Part shown: one piece after another, positions 39,806-50,836 of the stretch
Layout: every line of letters starts with the position of its first letter
Position numbering within the stretch: position 1 is the stretch's first letter
Assembly: GCA_965220015.1 (NCBI GenBank)
Contig: OZ244798.1
Location: 3,108,407 to 3,172,406 of the forward strand
DNA: 64,000 bases
Direction of reading: 5' to 3'
Source: Chloroflexota bacterium
GTDB lineage: Bacteria > Chloroflexota > UBA11872 > VXOZ01
The notes under the pieces: generated by a model
Seen by the model: only the letters and a program-made list of their open reading frames with translations
What the model was told of the DNA's origin: nothing
Databases searched by the model: none
Made by a program: the position numbers and the translations under genes

Positions 39806-41185
39806 ATGGCATCATTGTCCAGACGTCATTTCCTCGGCACAGCCGCGCTTACCGGCGCAGGTGCGCTGCTCGCGGCGTGCGGTGCTCAGACAGGCATGGA
39901 GGAAATGGAAGAAGCCGCGCCGGAAGAGAAAGATGCGGCCGCAGAGCCGATGATGGAAAAGTCGCCGGTCGTCTTCTGGTACACCGGCATAGCGCCGTGG
40001 AACTTCGATAGGGAAGAGATTCCTTTGCAGCTCCGTGCGGAGTTCGATGAGACCACCAACTACACGCTGGTGCCGCTCATTCGCGGCAACGGCGGTTTTG
40101 GCGATATTCCCACCGTGGTGGCAGCGGGTGTCGCGCCGGATAACTCCAAGACCCAGTCCTACATCCAGCCCCAATGGGGTCTGCTGGAACTCGTCCGTCC
40201 GCTCGATTCCTATATTGCTTCCGCTGCCAATGTGCCATTGGACGATCTCTGGCCGGGGAAGTACGAGGGCATGCAGTGGGCGGGTAAGACCTATGGCATC
40301 AGCTATAGCATCGACGCCCGCATCATCTATCTGAACGTCGACCACTCGCTGGAAGCGGGCCTAGATCCCGAAACACCGCCGGCCTCCCGGGATGAGATGG
40401 ACGAAGCACTGCTCAAGGTGCACAAGACAGAGGGCGACAACATCGCCCGTCTCGGCTGGGACCCCTTCCGCGGTTCCGGCGGCATCCACACGTGGATGGT
40501 CGGCTACTGGCAGCAGGGCGGTGAGATGCTCAGCCCGGACCGGACGAAGATCCAGGTCAACAATGATCTCGCCATCAACACCGTGACCTGGCTCAAGAAA
40601 GTCCTTGACGGTCAGGGTGGTTACAACAAGGTCCGCGAGTTCCACGGCACCTTCGAGAACCGCTTGCAGGAGTACGGCAGCGGCGGCAATACGTACATGT
40701 ACCTGACCAATGCTACCCGTGCCTCCATGGCGCCCTACGCGGAAGGCCTCAACTACGACTTTGGGCCATATCCGGCGCTGGATTCCAGCACCGCCCTGCC
40801 AGCCACCTATTCCGGTGACTGGGCGTTCTGCCTGCCCAACGGCAGCAGCAACCCCGACGGCGGCTTCGCCTGGGCCGACTTCATGTACGGCGCCGACGTG
40901 AACCTGCGCTGGTCGCTGGCCATGGACCGCATCCCGGTCCGCCAGGGTGTGGCGCAGAGCGATGCCTACATTGGCGATGACAAGCTCCGCAGGCTCGCCA
41001 TTGATGAGATGGTTGGCGCCCGCTTTGTCGTGAGCGTGCCCGGCGCGGGTGCCATCCTCCCGATCACGAGCAGGAACCTGCAGGCGATCATGCGCAATGA
41101 GGTCACGGTTGCTGAAGGTATGCGCAATTTCGAGGAGCAAGCCCAGACGGCGATGGACGAGTTCATCGCGGAGTTTGGTGGCTAG
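39806..41185 (+). CDS. ABC transporter solute-binding lipoprotein (Tat signal)
   Basis: SRRHFL, LAACG, GKTYGI, YLN...EAGLDPE. Confidence 0.9.
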   Translation: MASLSRRHFLGTAALTGAGALLAACGAQTGMEEMEEAAPEEKDAAAEPMMEKSPVVFWYTGIAPWNFDREEIPLQLRAEFDETTNYTLVPLIRGNGGFGDIPTVVAAGVAPDNSKTQSYIQPQWGLLELVRPLDSYIASAANVPLDDLWPGKYEGMQWAGKTYGISYSIDARIIYLNVDHSLEAGLDPETPPASRDEMDEALLKVHKTEGDNIARLGWDPFRGSGGIHTWMVGYWQQGGEMLSPDRTKIQVNNDLAINTVTWLKKVLDGQGGYNKVREFHGTFENRLQEYGSGGNTYMYLTNATRASMAPYAEGLNYDFGPYPALDSSTALPATYSGDWAFCLPNGSSNPDGGFAWADFMYGADVNLRWSLAMDRIPVRQGVAQSDAYIGDDKLRRLAIDEMVGARFVVSVPGAGAILPITSRNLQAIMRNEVTVAEGMRNFEEQAQTAMDEFIAEFGG

Positions 41186-41722
41186 ACACAGGCAGATGAA
41201 CGTGAGGATTGCGCTTCAGTAAGTATGTCGCGCGAATTTTCGCAACGCCGATAGAAGTCTGACAAGAACTAGTGTGTCTACGGGTTGCTAAGTCCTGTAG
41301 GCACACTAGTTGCGCATTAAGATGGAAATTACGGCCATCACTCTCATGCGACCTACGGTAAGGGCACGGCATGCCGTGCCCTTACGTCATTCTTTCCAAC
41401 ACAGCAGATCTCTCCCTCTACTCCCGTTTTCTCCCGGTCCTGCACGACGTTTCGCGAAGACAAGATGAGGTTGCGATCAACGTTGGAATTGCGCGCCGCT
41501 CAGACCGACTACACAGTATCGCCTGTCCCAAACTGTCTTTGGAGTGGCATTCCCGTTGAAGAGTCTTGCAAATTGACGAACTATGAGTCTAGAATTACTA
41601 TCAAGCATTCCTAGTAAGACGTGCACAATGGCGGTGGACGAAACCGCCGAAGAGCGTGTGAATTATTCTAGAGAATGCAGAGAGCGTTCGACAATAGTTC
41701 TTTACCCAGGAGGGTGAACGAA

Positions 41723-43099
41723 ATGGCATCACTGTCCAGACGACATTTCCTCGGCACTGCCGCCCTGACCGGCGCGGGCGCATTGCTCGCGGCGTGCGGC
41801 GCGCAAGCAGGCACCGGAGCCATGGAGGAAGCAGCCGCGCCTGAAGGCGATGGCGATGCCGGCGAGGCGATGATGGAGAAGTCGCCTGTCGTCTTCTGGT
41901 ATACCGGCTTTGCGCCGTGGAATTTCGATAAAGAGGAAATTCCCATGCAGATCCGTGAGGAATTCGACGAGACCACCAACTACACGCTGGTACCGCTCGT
42001 TCGCGGCAACGGCGGATTTGGCGATATTCCCACCGTGGTAGCGGCGGGTGTCGCGCCGGATAACTCCAAGACCCAGTCCTACATCCAGCCCCAGTGGGGT
42101 CTGCTGGAACTCGTGCGTCCGATCGATGCCTACATCGCTGCCTCGGCCAACGTGCAGGTGGACGACCTCTGGCCGGGGAAGTACGAGGCCATGCAGTGGG
42201 CGGGCCAGACCTACGGCATCAGCTATAGCATCGACGCCCGCGTCATCTATCTGAACGCAGACCACTCGCTGGAAGCCGGTCTCGATCCCGAATCTCCGCC
42301 GGCTACCTGGGATGAAATGGACGAGGCGCTGCTCAAGGTGCACAAGGTGAGTGGCGACAACATCGCGCGTCTCGGCTGGGACCCGTTCCGCGGCTCCGGC
42401 GGCATCCACACCTGGATGGTTGGCTACTGGCAGCAGGGCGGCGAGATGCTCAGCCCGGACCGGACGAAGATCCAGGTCAACAACGATCTGGCTATCAACA
42501 CCGTGACCTGGCTCAAGAAAGTCCTTGACGGCCAAGGCGGTTACGATAAGATCCGCGAGTTCCACGGCACGTTTGAGAACCGCTTGCAGGAGTACGGTAG
42601 CGGTGGCAATACGTACATGTACCTGACCAATGCTACCCGCGTCTCTCTCCAGCCCTACGCCGAAGGTCTCAACTACGACTTTGCGACATATCCGCAGCGG
42701 GAACTCGGCGGCCTGCCGGCTACATACTGCGGCGACTGGGCCTTCTGCCTGCCCAACGGCAGCAGCAATCCCGACGGCGGTTTCGCCTGGGCCGACTTTA
42801 TGTACGGCGCCGATGTGAACCTGCGCTGGTCGCTGGCCATGGACCGCATCCCGGTGCGTCAGGTCGTCGCCCAGAGTGATGCGTATATCGGCGACGACAA
42901 GCTGCGCAGGCTTGCCATCGACGAGATGATTGGCGCCCGCTTCGTAGTGAGTGTGCCCGGCGCGGGCGACATTCTCCCGATCACGAGCAGGAGCCTGCAG
43001 TCGATCATGCGCAATGAGGTCACGGTTGCTGAAGGTATGCGCAATTTCGAGGAGCAAGCCCAGACGGCGATGGACGACTTCATCGCGGAATTTGCTTAG
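41723..43099 (+). CDS. ABC transporter solute-binding lipoprotein, close paralog of 39806..41185
   Basis: Same motifs; near-identical sequence. Confidence 0.9.
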   Translation: MASLSRRHFLGTAALTGAGALLAACGAQAGTGAMEEAAAPEGDGDAGEAMMEKSPVVFWYTGFAPWNFDKEEIPMQIREEFDETTNYTLVPLVRGNGGFGDIPTVVAAGVAPDNSKTQSYIQPQWGLLELVRPIDAYIAASANVQVDDLWPGKYEAMQWAGQTYGISYSIDARVIYLNADHSLEAGLDPESPPATWDEMDEALLKVHKVSGDNIARLGWDPFRGSGGIHTWMVGYWQQGGEMLSPDRTKIQVNNDLAINTVTWLKKVLDGQGGYDKIREFHGTFENRLQEYGSGGNTYMYLTNATRVSLQPYAEGLNYDFATYPQRELGGLPATYCGDWAFCLPNGSSNPDGGFAWADFMYGADVNLRWSLAMDRIPVRQVVAQSDAYIGDDKLRRLAIDEMIGARFVVSVPGAGDILPITSRSLQSIMRNEVTVAEGMRNFEEQAQTAMDDFIAEFA

Positions 43100-43488
43100 A
43101 GCACCGACAGTGACATGAGCCAAGCGCGCTCTTAGCATAAGCGGCGCACTTGCTCTCATCACGCGCAAGAGCTTAGGCAACAACTAGCGCGTCTGTGGGA
43201 ATAGAAACCCGCAGACGCGCTAGTGTCGTTTCTGAATTGAGACGCGGGCTTAGTTGCCAGAGCGCACCGCAGCCACGAGAGCGTAGGGGCACGGCATGCC
43301 GTGCCCCTACCCGTCTAGGGCGAATGCCCCACTGCCATGAATCTAATATGGAGTGCGGCCCAGAAGGGCCAGCAAACGTTTTGCACTACCCCTGTGTCCC
43401 ACTCCCAGTGCTCGCCGCTTAGCGAAAAGCACTCTAAGCCGCTATCCTTATAGGAAAGCAAGAAGCGAAATCAAAAGGAGCCAAACCG

Positions 43489-44451
43489 ATGGAGTATCGC
43501 AATCTGGGTCGTGCCGGTGTCAAAGTCTCGCCGTTGTGGTTGGGCACCGCCTACTTCAACACGCGCATTGCTGAAGAGGACGGAACGGCGTTGATACACG
43601 CCGCGCTCGAGGCGGGCATCAACGTGATAGACACGGCAAATGCCTACTCGGAACCCAGGGGCTACGCCGAAACAATCGTCGGCCGCGCCATCAAAGACTG
43701 CCGCGACCAGGTGGTGCTGGCGACGAAGGTCTTCCACCCCATGGGCGACGGTCCCAACGACCGCGGCACCAGCCGTTACCACATCATGGAACAGGTGCAT
43801 GCGAGCCTGCGGCGGCTCAACACCGACCGCATCGACCTCTACCAACTCCACCGGCCCGATCCGGAAGTGCCGATCGAGGAGACAATGCGGACCCTCGAAG
43901 ACCTGCGGCGTCAGGGCAAGATTCTCTATTTCGGCACCTCGAAGTTTGCCGGCTGGCAACTCTGCGAGGCCATGTGGACCGCTGACCGCCTCGGCCTCGC
44001 GCCTATCGTCTCGGAACAACCCCCGTACAGTATCTTCAATCGCGCCATCGAGGCGGAAGTGCTGCCGTTCACCCGCAAGTACGGCATCGGTGTCGTGCCT
44101 TTCAGCCCCTTGGCGGGCGGCTGGCTCACGGGTAAGTACCGCCGCGACGCAGCCGCTCCTGCCGATTCCCGCTTCGCGGACCGCAGCATGGATTTTGGCG
44201 CCGCGACGTATGCGCCGCACTTCGATGCGCTCGAAGCCTTGGAAGCAATGTCCGCCGCGAGAGGCGTCACCTTGAGTCAGTTTGGTCTTGCCTGGCTGCT
44301 GGCTCAACCCGGCATTACCGCGCCCATCATCGGCCCGCGCACCTTGGCGCAACTGCAGGACAATCTTGGCGCCCTTGAGATCGAGCTGACCGCCGATGAA
44401 TGCGCTGCCGTCGACGACATCGTGCCTCCGGCTAGCGAACTCGTAGGCTGA
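43489..44451 (+). CDS. Aldo/keto reductase
   Basis: DTANAY, LATK, IDLYQLH, SEQPPYS, FSPLAGGWL, IIGPR. Confidence 0.94.
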   Translation: MEYRNLGRAGVKVSPLWLGTAYFNTRIAEEDGTALIHAALEAGINVIDTANAYSEPRGYAETIVGRAIKDCRDQVVLATKVFHPMGDGPNDRGTSRYHIMEQVHASLRRLNTDRIDLYQLHRPDPEVPIEETMRTLEDLRRQGKILYFGTSKFAGWQLCEAMWTADRLGLAPIVSEQPPYSIFNRAIEAEVLPFTRKYGIGVVPFSPLAGGWLTGKYRRDAAAPADSRFADRSMDFGAATYAPHFDALEALEAMSAARGVTLSQFGLAWLLAQPGITAPIIGPRTLAQLQDNLGALEIELTADECAAVDDIVPPASELVG

Positions 44452-44468
44452 CGGCACTGCGCGAGACT

Positions 44469-45443
44469 ATGCAGCTTGCAAGAGGACGCTGCGAGGCCGA
44501 GCAGGAAAGGACGCTGCTTGTGGAGCCGAGGAAAAGCGCGGAGCGTGCCGCCCAGCGGCAAAAGGCTGTGGTGGAGGTAGAGGCGGCAGCCGGCGGTTAC
44601 ATGGACCACGAGCCGGGCGATCCTTCTATTCACAATACGCGGGAAAGCGTGGCTGCCGCCTTGCGTGCAACGGGCCTGGGCCCAGGCGATACGGTGCTGT
44701 TCCATAGCTCCCTGAGCAGCATGGGCACCGTGGTGGGTGGCGCGGACGCCGTCATCGATGGCTTCCTGGATGCGGTGGGGCCCGCAGGCACCGTCGCTGC
44801 GCCGGCATTGAGTTCATGGCGGGAACTGCGTGAAAAGCGCCGGGTTTGGGATCTGTGGAGCATCGCAGCTACGCCTACGTATTGCGGACTGATACCGGAG
44901 ACCTTCCGCCGCCGGTCGGCAGCGCACCGCAGCAACCATTACACACACTCGGTAGCCGCCATCGGTGCGCGGGCCGTGGCGCTCACGGCTAACCACGGTA
45001 AAGCGGGCCGGCGCCAGAGTCCCTGGGGGCCAGGCGCATTCGCCGCGCAGAGCCCCTGGCAGCGTTGCTACGATTGGAATGTCTTCTATTGCCTTATCGG
45101 GGTCAACTGCCAGCGCCTCACGATGGTGCACTTTGTTGAAACCCATCTGGTGCACCGGGCACTGGCGCGCGCCGCTCCCCACCGGCGTAGTGAGTTGCTC
45201 GCCCAGGTGCGCGGCTGGACCAGCAACGGCATCTGGGCCGGTATCGGCACCGACAAGCGCTTGGTTGCGGAAGATATCTTCAGGGAGAAGGGCTTGCTGC
45301 GCTACGGCACAATCGGCTCCGCCCGCCTGCGCTACATGCGCATCCGACCGGTTGTGGATGAGTGGATCGCGCTGGCGGAAGATGACCCGGCCTATTGGTG
45401 CTCGGAGGGCTTTGTGCGCTGGTTGCGCCAGGCGGAGTCCTGA
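44469..45443 (+). CDS. AAC(3)/YokD-family N-acetyltransferase (start may be 44601)
   Basis: LFHSSLSSMG, GLIPETFR, RSNHYTHSVAAIG, TMVHFVE. Confidence 0.85.
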   Translation: MQLARGRCEAEQERTLLVEPRKSAERAAQRQKAVVEVEAAAGGYMDHEPGDPSIHNTRESVAAALRATGLGPGDTVLFHSSLSSMGTVVGGADAVIDGFLDAVGPAGTVAAPALSSWRELREKRRVWDLWSIAATPTYCGLIPETFRRRSAAHRSNHYTHSVAAIGARAVALTANHGKAGRRQSPWGPGAFAAQSPWQRCYDWNVFYCLIGVNCQRLTMVHFVETHLVHRALARAAPHRRSELLAQVRGWTSNGIWAGIGTDKRLVAEDIFREKGLLRYGTIGSARLRYMRIRPVVDEWIALAEDDPAYWCSEGFVRWLRQAES

Positions 45444-45906
45444 ATTCAACGAAGCAGCCGCCAATTCTCTTGGAATGAAATCCAAGCGGATGGTACTCTC
45501 GACCGCACCCACAAACCGCATGTCTCGACCCGTAGGGGCTAGGGCGAGTTGATATCCTGTGTGGTTCGTCTTCTACAGTTGCCGTCTTGTACAGTTGCCG
45601 TCCTATAAGAAAACAGCATCCCGTCAGTCATTCCCGCGAAAGCGGGAATCCATCTTCTCCACGCCGCGCGTATTTTCGCTTACGAGTGGTGACGAGTAGA
45701 AGGTCTGACCGCCACTCTCATCCAATTTGCGTAGCCTGCACGAGTGCGCTCCCACTTCGCTGGGATATCAAACTAAGCCTAAGCGCCTTGCCTGCGAAGG
45801 TGCTAGCTTCTTGCACCTAGATGCGGGGGACAAGCCCCCGCGCTACGGCTTACTTATGACGGTAGCACTTACTCTATCAAGAAGACATTGAGCAAGTTCA
45901 AGCGCA

Positions 45907-46731
45907 TTAAGGTTTTGCCTGGGCTGATGGAGCCTTCTCAAGAGCGCCCACAGTGGCCAAGAACGCATCCGACGTAATTGTCCCCGCAATGTCGCGCAAT
46001 TCGAATTGGTGAATCATCACACTGGTGGCCGCAAGTGTCGGATACGTGTCGCTAGCCTCCACGCCGGTGGTAGCGTCGCGTAGCAGCACCAGCGCGTAGC
46101 CGCGCTCGCGCATGGCGCGCATGCCGTAATCACGGTCAGGCACGCAAATGTTGGTGGCGAATCCTACGTAGAAGAGGTAGCGGATGCCGCGCGCACGGCA
46201 AAGCCGGTGGAGCTGGTCGCCGGTGGCGATAACGTAGTCACCGGATTGAGGCAGCACCGCCGGATGGATGGAGCGGTCCCGGTCGATGCGGTCGAGCTGC
46301 TCCTGGTGCAGGCCGCTGCGCCGTGCCTGCAAGTGCGCCCACTCCCCGCGCCGTTGCGCGAATTCCGGAGGCGGCCATTCCTGCGCTGCCGGAGTCGCCG
46401 GCTCTTCCTCGTCTAATGCATCTGCCGGCCAGAACTGCCGGAACTTCTCCGCCACCGGCGGTGACGGCGCGTGAACCACCGTAATGCCGCCCGGCCGCGA
46501 CGCCTCCAGCACCGGACGAATCGTTTCCTCGCAGATGCGCTCGGCGCGTTCCTGAAAGCTCTCGACGATGATCCGGTCCCAGCAGTCCACAAGCACCAGC
46601 GCCGCCTGCTCCGGCGAGATACGCACGGGCAAGTGCACATAGCCAAAATGCTCTTCCCGATACGGCAAGTGCGGCGGATTTGGCTCGTGGACGATGTGGC
46701 GCACGGAAAGGTTCATCTGCAAATTACCCAT
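45907..46731 (-). CDS. Isochorismatase-like cysteine hydrolase
   Basis: LVLVDCW, VGFATNICV, LLRDATT. Confidence 0.82.
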   Translation of the reverse strand: MGNLQMNLSVRHIVHEPNPPHLPYREEHFGYVHLPVRISPEQAALVLVDCWDRIIVESFQERAERICEETIRPVLEASRPGGITVVHAPSPPVAEKFRQFWPADALDEEEPATPAAQEWPPPEFAQRRGEWAHLQARRSGLHQEQLDRIDRDRSIHPAVLPQSGDYVIATGDQLHRLCRARGIRYLFYVGFATNICVPDRDYGMRAMRERGYALVLLRDATTGVEASDTYPTLAATSVMIHQFELRDIAGTITSDAFLATVGALEKAPSAQAKP

Positions 46732-46845
46732 AATCTTCACTTCGTTAGGAGATCTATTGCATACCCTGGGTTCACGATGCAGTATTCCCTCTCCATCGAG
46801 GGAGAGGGTGAGGGTGAGGGTCAAATATCTCGGCTCACGCGCCAT

Positions 46846-47826
46846 CTAAAACGGCGCGTGCACGCCTAACTCCCGCCCCAACCCCTGCAGGGCCTCCGCA
46901 TGCTCAGGACCGACGGGTACACCTTCTTTGCGCCATTGCCGTTCGCGTTTCGCCTCCATGCCTCCGGCAACTTCAGCATCTGATTGATTCGTAATCGGAG
47001 CGAGCTCGCGCACCTGGCGAATGTAATCGTCTACCTCGCTCTTGAACTGAGCGAGCGGCATGTAGTGGGAGACGTCGTGGGCGGTCATGAACGAGCCCTG
47101 GTTTGCGCCCCGCCATTCGCGTTTGGCACGCTCCGGCGCGGAAGGCACGCCGCAGAGAAACCCACCAAGAATCTGGCAGAACGAACCCAGCCCGATGCTG
47201 CGGTAAGTGGCACTGGGCGCCAGCATCTCTATTGCTTTCACATGGGGCTCGCCGTCGTAAAGGTCATGAACGGCGCCAAAGTCGCTTACAATCGGCGGCT
47301 CCTCACCACCGGGAGCGGCAAAGCTCATGGGCGAACCACCGGCGGCGTGACGATGGGGCGCGCCGGGCTGCATTTGGAGTTGTGCCCCGGAGGTCACGTA
47401 GGCCACCAGGTCCGCGCTCACGATCACCCGCGACCAGAGTCCCGCTGCGCCAAAGTGACCATGATTCCGTGTGATCACGTTGGCGACGCCGTGCTCCTTG
47501 GCTTTCTGCACCGCCAGGTTGGCCGCCGCAAACGACGGAAAATAGCCCAAGCCGCCGTCGCCGTCCACGGTCGCCGTGACCGCGGTCTCGCTCACCACCT
47601 GGACATCCGGCGTTACGTTGAGGTCCCTGTTCTGAAAATGCCGCACGTAGGCCACGGACTGGCGCGTGCCGTGGCTGAAGACGCCGCGCAGGTCGTTGGC
47701 CGTCAGCCACTCGGCCATCTGCTGCGCGTGCGCATCCGACATGCCAACCGCCAGATAGCATTCCTTGACAAACGCTGCCAGCGGCGCGGCATGGACGCGG
47801 ATAAAGGTCTCAGGCGGGGTGTTCAT
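46846..47826 (-). CDS. Ldh_2 family (malate/L-lactate/L-sulfolactate dehydrogenase-like) oxidoreductase
   Basis: DLRGVFSHG, VDGDGGLG, NHGHFGAAG. Confidence 0.88.
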   Translation of the reverse strand: MNTPPETFIRVHAAPLAAFVKECYLAVGMSDAHAQQMAEWLTANDLRGVFSHGTRQSVAYVRHFQNRDLNVTPDVQVVSETAVTATVDGDGGLGYFPSFAAANLAVQKAKEHGVANVITRNHGHFGAAGLWSRVIVSADLVAYVTSGAQLQMQPGAPHRHAAGGSPMSFAAPGGEEPPIVSDFGAVHDLYDGEPHVKAIEMLAPSATYRSIGLGSFCQILGGFLCGVPSAPERAKREWRGANQGSFMTAHDVSHYMPLAQFKSEVDDYIRQVRELAPITNQSDAEVAGGMEAKRERQWRKEGVPVGPEHAEALQGLGRELGVHAPF

Positions 47827-47888
47827 GGTTAACTCCTGTTTGCACGTGAGCCAGAATTAGCGCACGAGAATCCTGGAAGGCCTCTCTT

Positions 47889-49052
47889 TTACATCTCCAC
47901 TGCTGCGAGCCGCTCCATTGCCTCCTTCAGGCGGTCGGTGGGACAGGCCAGTGAGATGCGGAAGTAGCCTTCACCGGCATCGCCGAAGCCGACGCCGGGG
48001 GTAATCACCAATCCGGCCTCGTCGAGCAGCCGCACGGAAAAGTCGATGGCGGAGATGCCCGCCGGTGTCGGCGACCACACGTAAAGGCTGGCCTTTGGCG
48101 TCTGCGCATTCAGACCCATGCCTTCCAGGGCGTCCAGGATCAGGTCGCGGCGTTCCTGATAGATGGCATTGCGTTCGTCGATCCACGACTGCGGCGTCTC
48201 GTTCAGAGCCACCACGCCGGCCTCTTGCACCGCCCGGAAGATGCCGGAGTCGATATTCGTCTTCACGCGGCCCAGCGCCTCGATGATGTCAGTATTGCCG
48301 ACGGCCATGCCGATGCGCCAGCCGGTCATGTTGTAGGTCTTGGAGAGCGAGTGGAACTCGATGCCCACGTCCATGGCGCCGTCCACTTCCAGAAAACTCA
48401 GCGGCTTGTAGCCGTCGAAGCAGACCTCGGTGTAGGCCGCGTCATGGGCGATGATGAGGTCATGCTCTTTGCCGAACGCCACGCATTCCTCGAAGAACGA
48501 GCGCGGGGCCACCGCCGCCGTGGGGTTATTCGGGTAGCAAATCCAGAGCAGCTTAGCGCGCTTGATCACGTCCTTGGGAATGGCGTTGAGGTCAGGCAGG
48601 AAGTCGTTTTCCGCCCGCAACGGCACGTAGTAGGTCTCGCCATCGGAAAAAAGCGTGCCGGTGTGGTAGACCGGATAGCCGGGGTCGGTTGCCAGCACCA
48701 CGTCACCGGGGTCCACGACCGCAACCGGAAAGTGCGCGATACCCTCCTTTGAACCGATCAACGAGACTACCTGGGTCTCAGGATCGAGCTTCACGCCAAA
48801 CCGCTGTCCGTACCACGCCGCCACCGCCTCGCGAAAGGCCGGCAGACCCTCATATTCCGGATATTGGTGGGTATAGGGCTTGGCCGCAGCGGCAGCGAGC
48901 GCGTCGATGACGTGCTGGGGCGTGGGCAGATCGGGATCGCCGATTCCCAACGAGATGACATCCACGCCTTCTTTCCGCTTGGCCGCAATCCGTTTATCCA
49001 CCTCAGCAAACAGGTACGGCGGCAATTTGGCTATCCGATTCGCAAAACGCAT
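47889..49052 (-). CDS. dapL: LL-diaminopimelate aminotransferase
   Basis: LPPYLF, LGIGDPD, YPNNPT, HDAAY, EFHSLSKTYNMTGWRIG, EGYFRISL; lysA and dapF in the window. Confidence 0.88.
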   Translation of the reverse strand: MRFANRIAKLPPYLFAEVDKRIAAKRKEGVDVISLGIGDPDLPTPQHVIDALAAAAAKPYTHQYPEYEGLPAFREAVAAWYGQRFGVKLDPETQVVSLIGSKEGIAHFPVAVVDPGDVVLATDPGYPVYHTGTLFSDGETYYVPLRAENDFLPDLNAIPKDVIKRAKLLWICYPNNPTAAVAPRSFFEECVAFGKEHDLIIAHDAAYTEVCFDGYKPLSFLEVDGAMDVGIEFHSLSKTYNMTGWRIGMAVGNTDIIEALGRVKTNIDSGIFRAVQEAGVVALNETPQSWIDERNAIYQERRDLILDALEGMGLNAQTPKASLYVWSPTPAGISAIDFSVRLLDEAGLVITPGVGFGDAGEGYFRISLACPTDRLKEAMERLAAVEM

Positions 49053-49163
49053 GTGTGCATCCTCTTTCGTGTTAGCGCGTAGTCAGCTTATCCTAAAGGG
49101 AGAATTGGGCTTCTCCAAAGTGGAAAGACAATCGCAATATACGGTATCACGGAGCGTGCGTAG

Positions 49164-50648
49164 ATGGAAGTTGATCGCAATCTTTGTAGCTTTACGCTAC
49201 CAGAGAGTGCCCTGCCCGCTAGGCAGGGCTTCAACGGTTACCGCTGTGAGGAACGAAATGAGCCTGGCAAATCCCTTTGTATCTTCCACGACCCTAAACC
49301 TAATAAGGAAAGAGGAGCGTTCAGTAGCAAGCTTCTGCTTAAGACGGACAACTGCTTTATTGGGTACGTATTCCCAATTGAGTTCAGATTCCCAATCGAC
49401 AAGTTCAAGAACGCGGACTTTGCCCATTCACACTTTCACGGCAAGCCCGACTTCCAGGGATCGGTTTTCTGGGGAGAGACAGACTTTTCTCTGCCAACCT
49501 TTCACCAAGGAGTTCACTTCAATGAGGCAATTTTCAAGGGGGACGTTTACTTTACCGGTGCACTGTTTTCTGGCCAAGCTTGGTTCAGAGAAGTGACCCT
49601 AAACGGCTATATGAGCCTTATATCTACGCACTTCAAGGACGAGGTTTGGTTTGACGGGATTTCCGATGTAATCGCAGACATCATTGGTACGATTTTTGAA
49701 AAGGAGGCTCATTTCCACAATACTGCATTTGCCACGGGGAGCTTCATTGAAACACAGTTTAGGGAACGGGCTACGTTCGGTTGTTTCAAGCATTTGGGAA
49801 ATGTCCTAGACTTGGAACAGGCAAGCCGATCGCCTGATGTCGTGTTCTTTGAAGGCGTTGACATGAAACAACTGCTGTTTAGAGAAGCAAATCTTGAGAG
49901 AGCATCTTTCAATCAATGCTACAACTTTGATCAAGCAAGATTCTATGATTGCACATGGAACTTTGAATCCGGTCGGAACCACGTGCTCTATGATGAGCTC
50001 TATTTGCGTAAGAAAGTCCTGCCATGGGAGCAGATAGCAAGAAATGAGGGAAGACTTCGCAACAGTGAGTTTGCCAAACGAATCGTAGACAATCCCGCAA
50101 AGCATGACCAAGCAACGGAGTCTCTCCTTGAAGGAAAGTATGCGGTTTTAGAAGAGACATGCCGCGCCCTCAAGAAGCACTTCGAGGATCGCCGCAACTT
50201 CCTAGTAGCCGGTGACTTCCATGAAGGCGAAATGGAAATGCGACGCCTAGCCAAAGGCTCTTGGGGGCGCAACTTTCTCTCTGTGGAGGCAGTCTACTGG
50301 AGACTATCGCGATACGGCCAACGGTGGCTGCGGCCTTTGGGCTGGCTCATAGGACTGATATTCGCAGCAGCAGTAGTTTATTCGGCAACAGGGCTGCAAC
50401 TTAGCGGAAGTGGTAGTGGAATCAGATGGAAGTTAGAGCAAGAACTCTCCTCAAAAAGCTTTTTTGACTTGCTCTATGTCTACGCTCACTCTCTTTTGTA
50501 CAGCGTCAGCGTTTCGGCACTAATGCGTGGCGTAGTTGCAACTCCAACTCACTTCCTGGGGCTCTTTGTGCAGACTCTTCAGTTCATACTCGGTCCGTTG
50601 CTTCTTTTCCTGATTGGTCTCGCTATTCGTCGCCGTTTGAGGCGTTAG
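49164..50648 (+). CDS. Pentapeptide-repeat protein with C-terminal membrane domain
   Basis: CIFH N-terminal motif, A.F...xF repeats, EMEMRR, YGQRWLRPL plus TM helices; visibly AT-richer than its neighbours. Confidence 0.82.
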   Translation: MEVDRNLCSFTLPESALPARQGFNGYRCEERNEPGKSLCIFHDPKPNKERGAFSSKLLLKTDNCFIGYVFPIEFRFPIDKFKNADFAHSHFHGKPDFQGSVFWGETDFSLPTFHQGVHFNEAIFKGDVYFTGALFSGQAWFREVTLNGYMSLISTHFKDEVWFDGISDVIADIIGTIFEKEAHFHNTAFATGSFIETQFRERATFGCFKHLGNVLDLEQASRSPDVVFFEGVDMKQLLFREANLERASFNQCYNFDQARFYDCTWNFESGRNHVLYDELYLRKKVLPWEQIARNEGRLRNSEFAKRIVDNPAKHDQATESLLEGKYAVLEETCRALKKHFEDRRNFLVAGDFHEGEMEMRRLAKGSWGRNFLSVEAVYWRLSRYGQRWLRPLGWLIGLIFAAAVVYSATGLQLSGSGSGIRWKLEQELSSKSFFDLLYVYAHSLLYSVSVSALMRGVVATPTHFLGLFVQTLQFILGPLLLFLIGLAIRRRLRR

Positions 50649-50836
50649 AATTCCTATAGACGCGGCGGCGCGAAAGTTTGTGCCTCAAAGAAGCTAAATT
50701 GCGGTTGGTGAAGAAAAGATGGATTCCCGCTTTCGCGGGAATGACGAACCAAGTCACTGCCAATACTCATCGCAGTTACATCTCATCTATGCGCAGGCCC
50801 AAAGCCAAGTCTTGCGCGACCCACTGCTTCTGCCTG

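Noticed and set aside
41729-43183. Long antisense ORFs (also 50963..52714, 5088..6218, 43471..44457, 37859..38722)
   Set aside because: Shadows of well-supported genes in high-GC DNA, with no recognisable motifs.
44469-45443. Aminoglycoside resistance gene
   Set aside because: The AAC(3)/YokD fold is widespread in catabolic contexts; no mobile context or close similarity evident.
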